NCBI GenBank assembly: GCA_053919585.1
Contig: JBSSHM010000333.1
From: Euprymna scolopes
Lineage: Eukaryota
Strand: one strand, 5' to 3'
Length of the DNA stretch: 55,933 bases
Shown: piece after piece, positions 53,533 to 55,933 of the stretch
Layout of the letters: every line of letters starts with the position of its first letter
Numbering within the stretch: the stretch's first letter is position 1
Program-made: the position numbers and the translations under genes
Notes under the pieces: generated by a model
Seen by the model: only the letters and a program-made list of their open reading frames with translations
Told to the model about the DNA's origin: nothing
Database searches by the model: none

Positions 53533-55224
53533 CTATAATAGAATCATCTCGTCTTGCCCTCCACCAGCTGGAATCATGGGGTAAACATTCTCATGCTGAT
53601 CGGTAATAATATCCATAAAAACAAGTCTATCCTTCATAGCAAAAGCCTCTTTCATCATTGGCTCTAAATCACTTGGCTTTTTAACTGACATACCAACATG
53701 ACCATACGCTTCAACTAACTTAATAAAATCAGGTAAGGACTCCATATAGGACATTGAATAGCGTTTATCATAAAAGAACTCTTGCCACTGTCTGACCATA
53801 CCGAGATAACGATTATTTAAATTAATAATCTTTACTGGTATATGATATTGAGAACACGTAGAAAGTTCTTGTAGCATCATCTGAATGCTTCCCTCTCCGG
53901 TTACACAAGCCACATCAGCATCAGGAAAGGCTTGCTTAACTCCCATTGCTGCAGGAAAACCAAATCCCATTGTTCCCAAACCTCCAGAATTAATCCAACG
54001 ACGAGGTTTATCAAAAGGATAATATTGTGCTGCCCACATTTGGTGCTGCCCCACATCAGAAGTAACATAAGCATCACCTTGGGTAACTTTGTACAAGGTT
54101 TCAATCACTGACTGAGGCTTAATTACTGTATCGCTTTGCTTATACTTCAAACACTTAACACTACGCCATTCATCAATCTGCTTCCACCAATCACTTATAT
54201 CATTTTTTGGCTTGAGATTATTTTTTTTGATAATCTCATTAATATCCTGCATCACACTTTGAATATCCCCAACAATGGGAATAGCTGATTCAATATTTTT
54301 AGATATACTTGATGGATCAATATCAATGTGAATAATTGTGGCATTTGGACAAAAACGCTCCAAATTACCTGTAACACGATCATCAAAACGTGCACCAATA
54401 GCAATCAATACATCGCAATGATGCATACCTAAATTTGCCTCATAAGTACCATGCATCCCTAACATACCCACAAACTGTGAATCAGAAGCAGGATAGGCTC
54501 CTAATCCCATCAAGGTATTCGTAACAGGATAACCTAAGGAATGACAAAACTTAGTAAATTCCTCACTAGCATTACTTAAAATAACACCGCCACCACTATA
54601 AATCATCGGTTTATGGGAGGATAGTATTGCCTCTATTGCCTTATTAATTTGCCCAGAGTGCCCTTTTTTAACTGGAGCAAAGGAACGCATATTAATTTTT
54701 TGCGGATACTGAAACTTGATTTTTTGTGCAGTAATGTCTTTGGGAATATCAATAACCACTGGACCGGGTCTCCCCTCAGTAGCCACATAAAATGCCTGCT
54801 TAATGGTTTCGGCTAATTGCTTAACATCTTTAACAAGAAAATTATGCTTAACTACTGGGCGACTCACCCCAATCATATCCACTTCTTGAAAGGCATCATT
54901 TCCAATTAACTCTCGTGGCACTTGACCACTAATCACGACTAATGGGATAGAGTCCAAATGTGCCGTTGCAATACCGGTTATTGCATTTGTTGCACCAGGA
55001 CCAGATGTTACCAATACCACACCGGGTTTACCAGTTGAACGTGCATAGCCATCTGCGGCATGCACTGCTGCCTGTTCATGTCGAACCAATATATGATCAA
55101 GTTTATCCTGATTATAAAGTGCATCATAAATATGCAAAACCGCACCACCTGGGTATCCATATATTACATCAACCCCCTCTTTTCGTAGAGATTCTATAAT
55201 AATCTCTGCACCTGTTAGCTCCAA
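53533..55224 (-). CDS. ilvB: Acetolactate synthase large subunit
   Basis: GYPGGA, RHEQ, TSGPGATN, GMLGMHG and GMVRQWQ motifs; TTG start after AAGGAG. Confidence 0.97.
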   Translation of the reverse strand: MELTGAEIIIESLRKEGVDVIYGYPGGAVLHIYDALYNQDKLDHILVRHEQAAVHAADGYARSTGKPGVVLVTSGPGATNAITGIATAHLDSIPLVVISGQVPRELIGNDAFQEVDMIGVSRPVVKHNFLVKDVKQLAETIKQAFYVATEGRPGPVVIDIPKDITAQKIKFQYPQKINMRSFAPVKKGHSGQINKAIEAILSSHKPMIYSGGGVILSNASEEFTKFCHSLGYPVTNTLMGLGAYPASDSQFVGMLGMHGTYEANLGMHHCDVLIAIGARFDDRVTGNLERFCPNATIIHIDIDPSSISKNIESAIPIVGDIQSVMQDINEIIKKNNLKPKNDISDWWKQIDEWRSVKCLKYKQSDTVIKPQSVIETLYKVTQGDAYVTSDVGQHQMWAAQYYPFDKPRRWINSGGLGTMGFGFPAAMGVKQAFPDADVACVTGEGSIQMMLQELSTCSQYHIPVKIINLNNRYLGMVRQWQEFFYDKRYSMSYMESLPDFIKLVEAYGHVGMSVKKPSDLEPMMKEAFAMKDRLVFMDIITDQHENVYPMIPAGGGQDEMILL

Positions 55225-55488
55225 TTTAACTCCTTATTTTAATAAAATCAAAATAACAATCAAGCCTAATAAATAAGCTCTCTACTCTCCACACTAAACC
55301 TAAGTTTAATTGTACTGATATTCGTGTAGCCTCTAAACACAAGAAAATAAGACAGACACCTCACAAAGCCACTTAGTCATCATGAAATTATTGATTGGAT
55401 AAATCAAAGCCCTATTTGTTTTTTACGGGTTAAAAACAAAAAGCAACCTGTCTATTATACTCCAAATACCTTACTAATCTGAGCAAAC

Positions 55489-55933
55489 TCATTTTTGAGA
55501 ATTCAACTTATGAAAGACTTCAGCAGCATCTAATTTTCCATTCCCACAAAATAAAAACGTACCCATATTCTCACCTTCTAACACCTTTTCTATACCCATG
55601 TCCTGCTTACCATCTAAAATGACTGTACACGTTCCACTAATTGCTGCTTGACGGGCTGCTAATATTTTTGTATACATACCACCACTACCTAACTTTCCTC
55701 CCTCAGTTGTTGCAATATTAAGCAAATAATCCTCTGTTGCCGATTCCTCACTAATTAATACTGCATTTTTATCAATCCTTGGATTTGCCGAAAACAAACC
55801 CTCTTGATCTGTCATAATAAGTAATGCATCTGCCGAAATCAAATTACAGGCCAAGGCAGCCAAACGATCATTATCGCCAAAGCGAATTTCCTCATCTGCC
55901 ACCACATCATTCTCATTAATTACTGGTATCACT
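55489..55933 (-). CDS. proB: Glutamate 5-kinase, C-terminal part (runs off window end; no PUA domain)
   Basis: PVINENDVV, FGDNDRLAA and GSGGMYTK motifs. Confidence 0.93.
   Translation of the reverse strand, partial: VIPVINENDVVADEEIRFGDNDRLAALACNLISADALLIMTDQEGLFSANPRIDKNAVLISEESATEDYLLNIATTEGGKLGSGGMYTKILAARQAAISGTCTVILDGKQDMGIEKVLEGENMGTFLFCGNGKLDAAEVFHKLNSQK

Noticed and set aside
55333-55383. Possible ilv leader peptide MMTKWLCEVSVLFSCV (minus strand)
   Set aside because: No run of Leu/Ile/Val codons and no terminator/antiterminator hairpin before ilvB.

Overview
AT-rich bacterial chromosome segment with gammaproteobacterium-like gene content (gatCAB, tsaE-amiB-mutL-miaA, mreBCD-mrdA-rodA-mltB, ilvBNC-dksA). 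It is mostly housekeeping: 3 tRNAs, amt-glnK, hemW, tyrS-thiS-thiG, cell-shape genes, tmk-holB, leuC, priA, trhP, proA-nadD, a purine catabolism operon (uraD-puuD-guaD-uraH-xdhA-xdhB), an orphan type I secretion ABC/MFP pair and a Tat multicopper oxidase. Features missed by the ORF track: a 30-aa bS22 (COX24/mS38-like) ribosomal protein gene, a 58-aa NqrM gene, a frameshifted stand-alone LETM1-like gene, and a family of GTAG-type REP/REPIN palindromes next to accessory genes. Five genes between about 17.3 and 24.5 kb are each broken by a one-base deletion, most likely uncorrected sequencing error, although the break in the HlyD gene sits on an A_AAA_AAG slippery heptamer. No CRISPR, prophage, integrase or transposase was seen. 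I found no complete novel multi-gene system; the best leads are bS22, the REPINs and the LETM1-like protein. All family calls come from motif recognition, not database searches.
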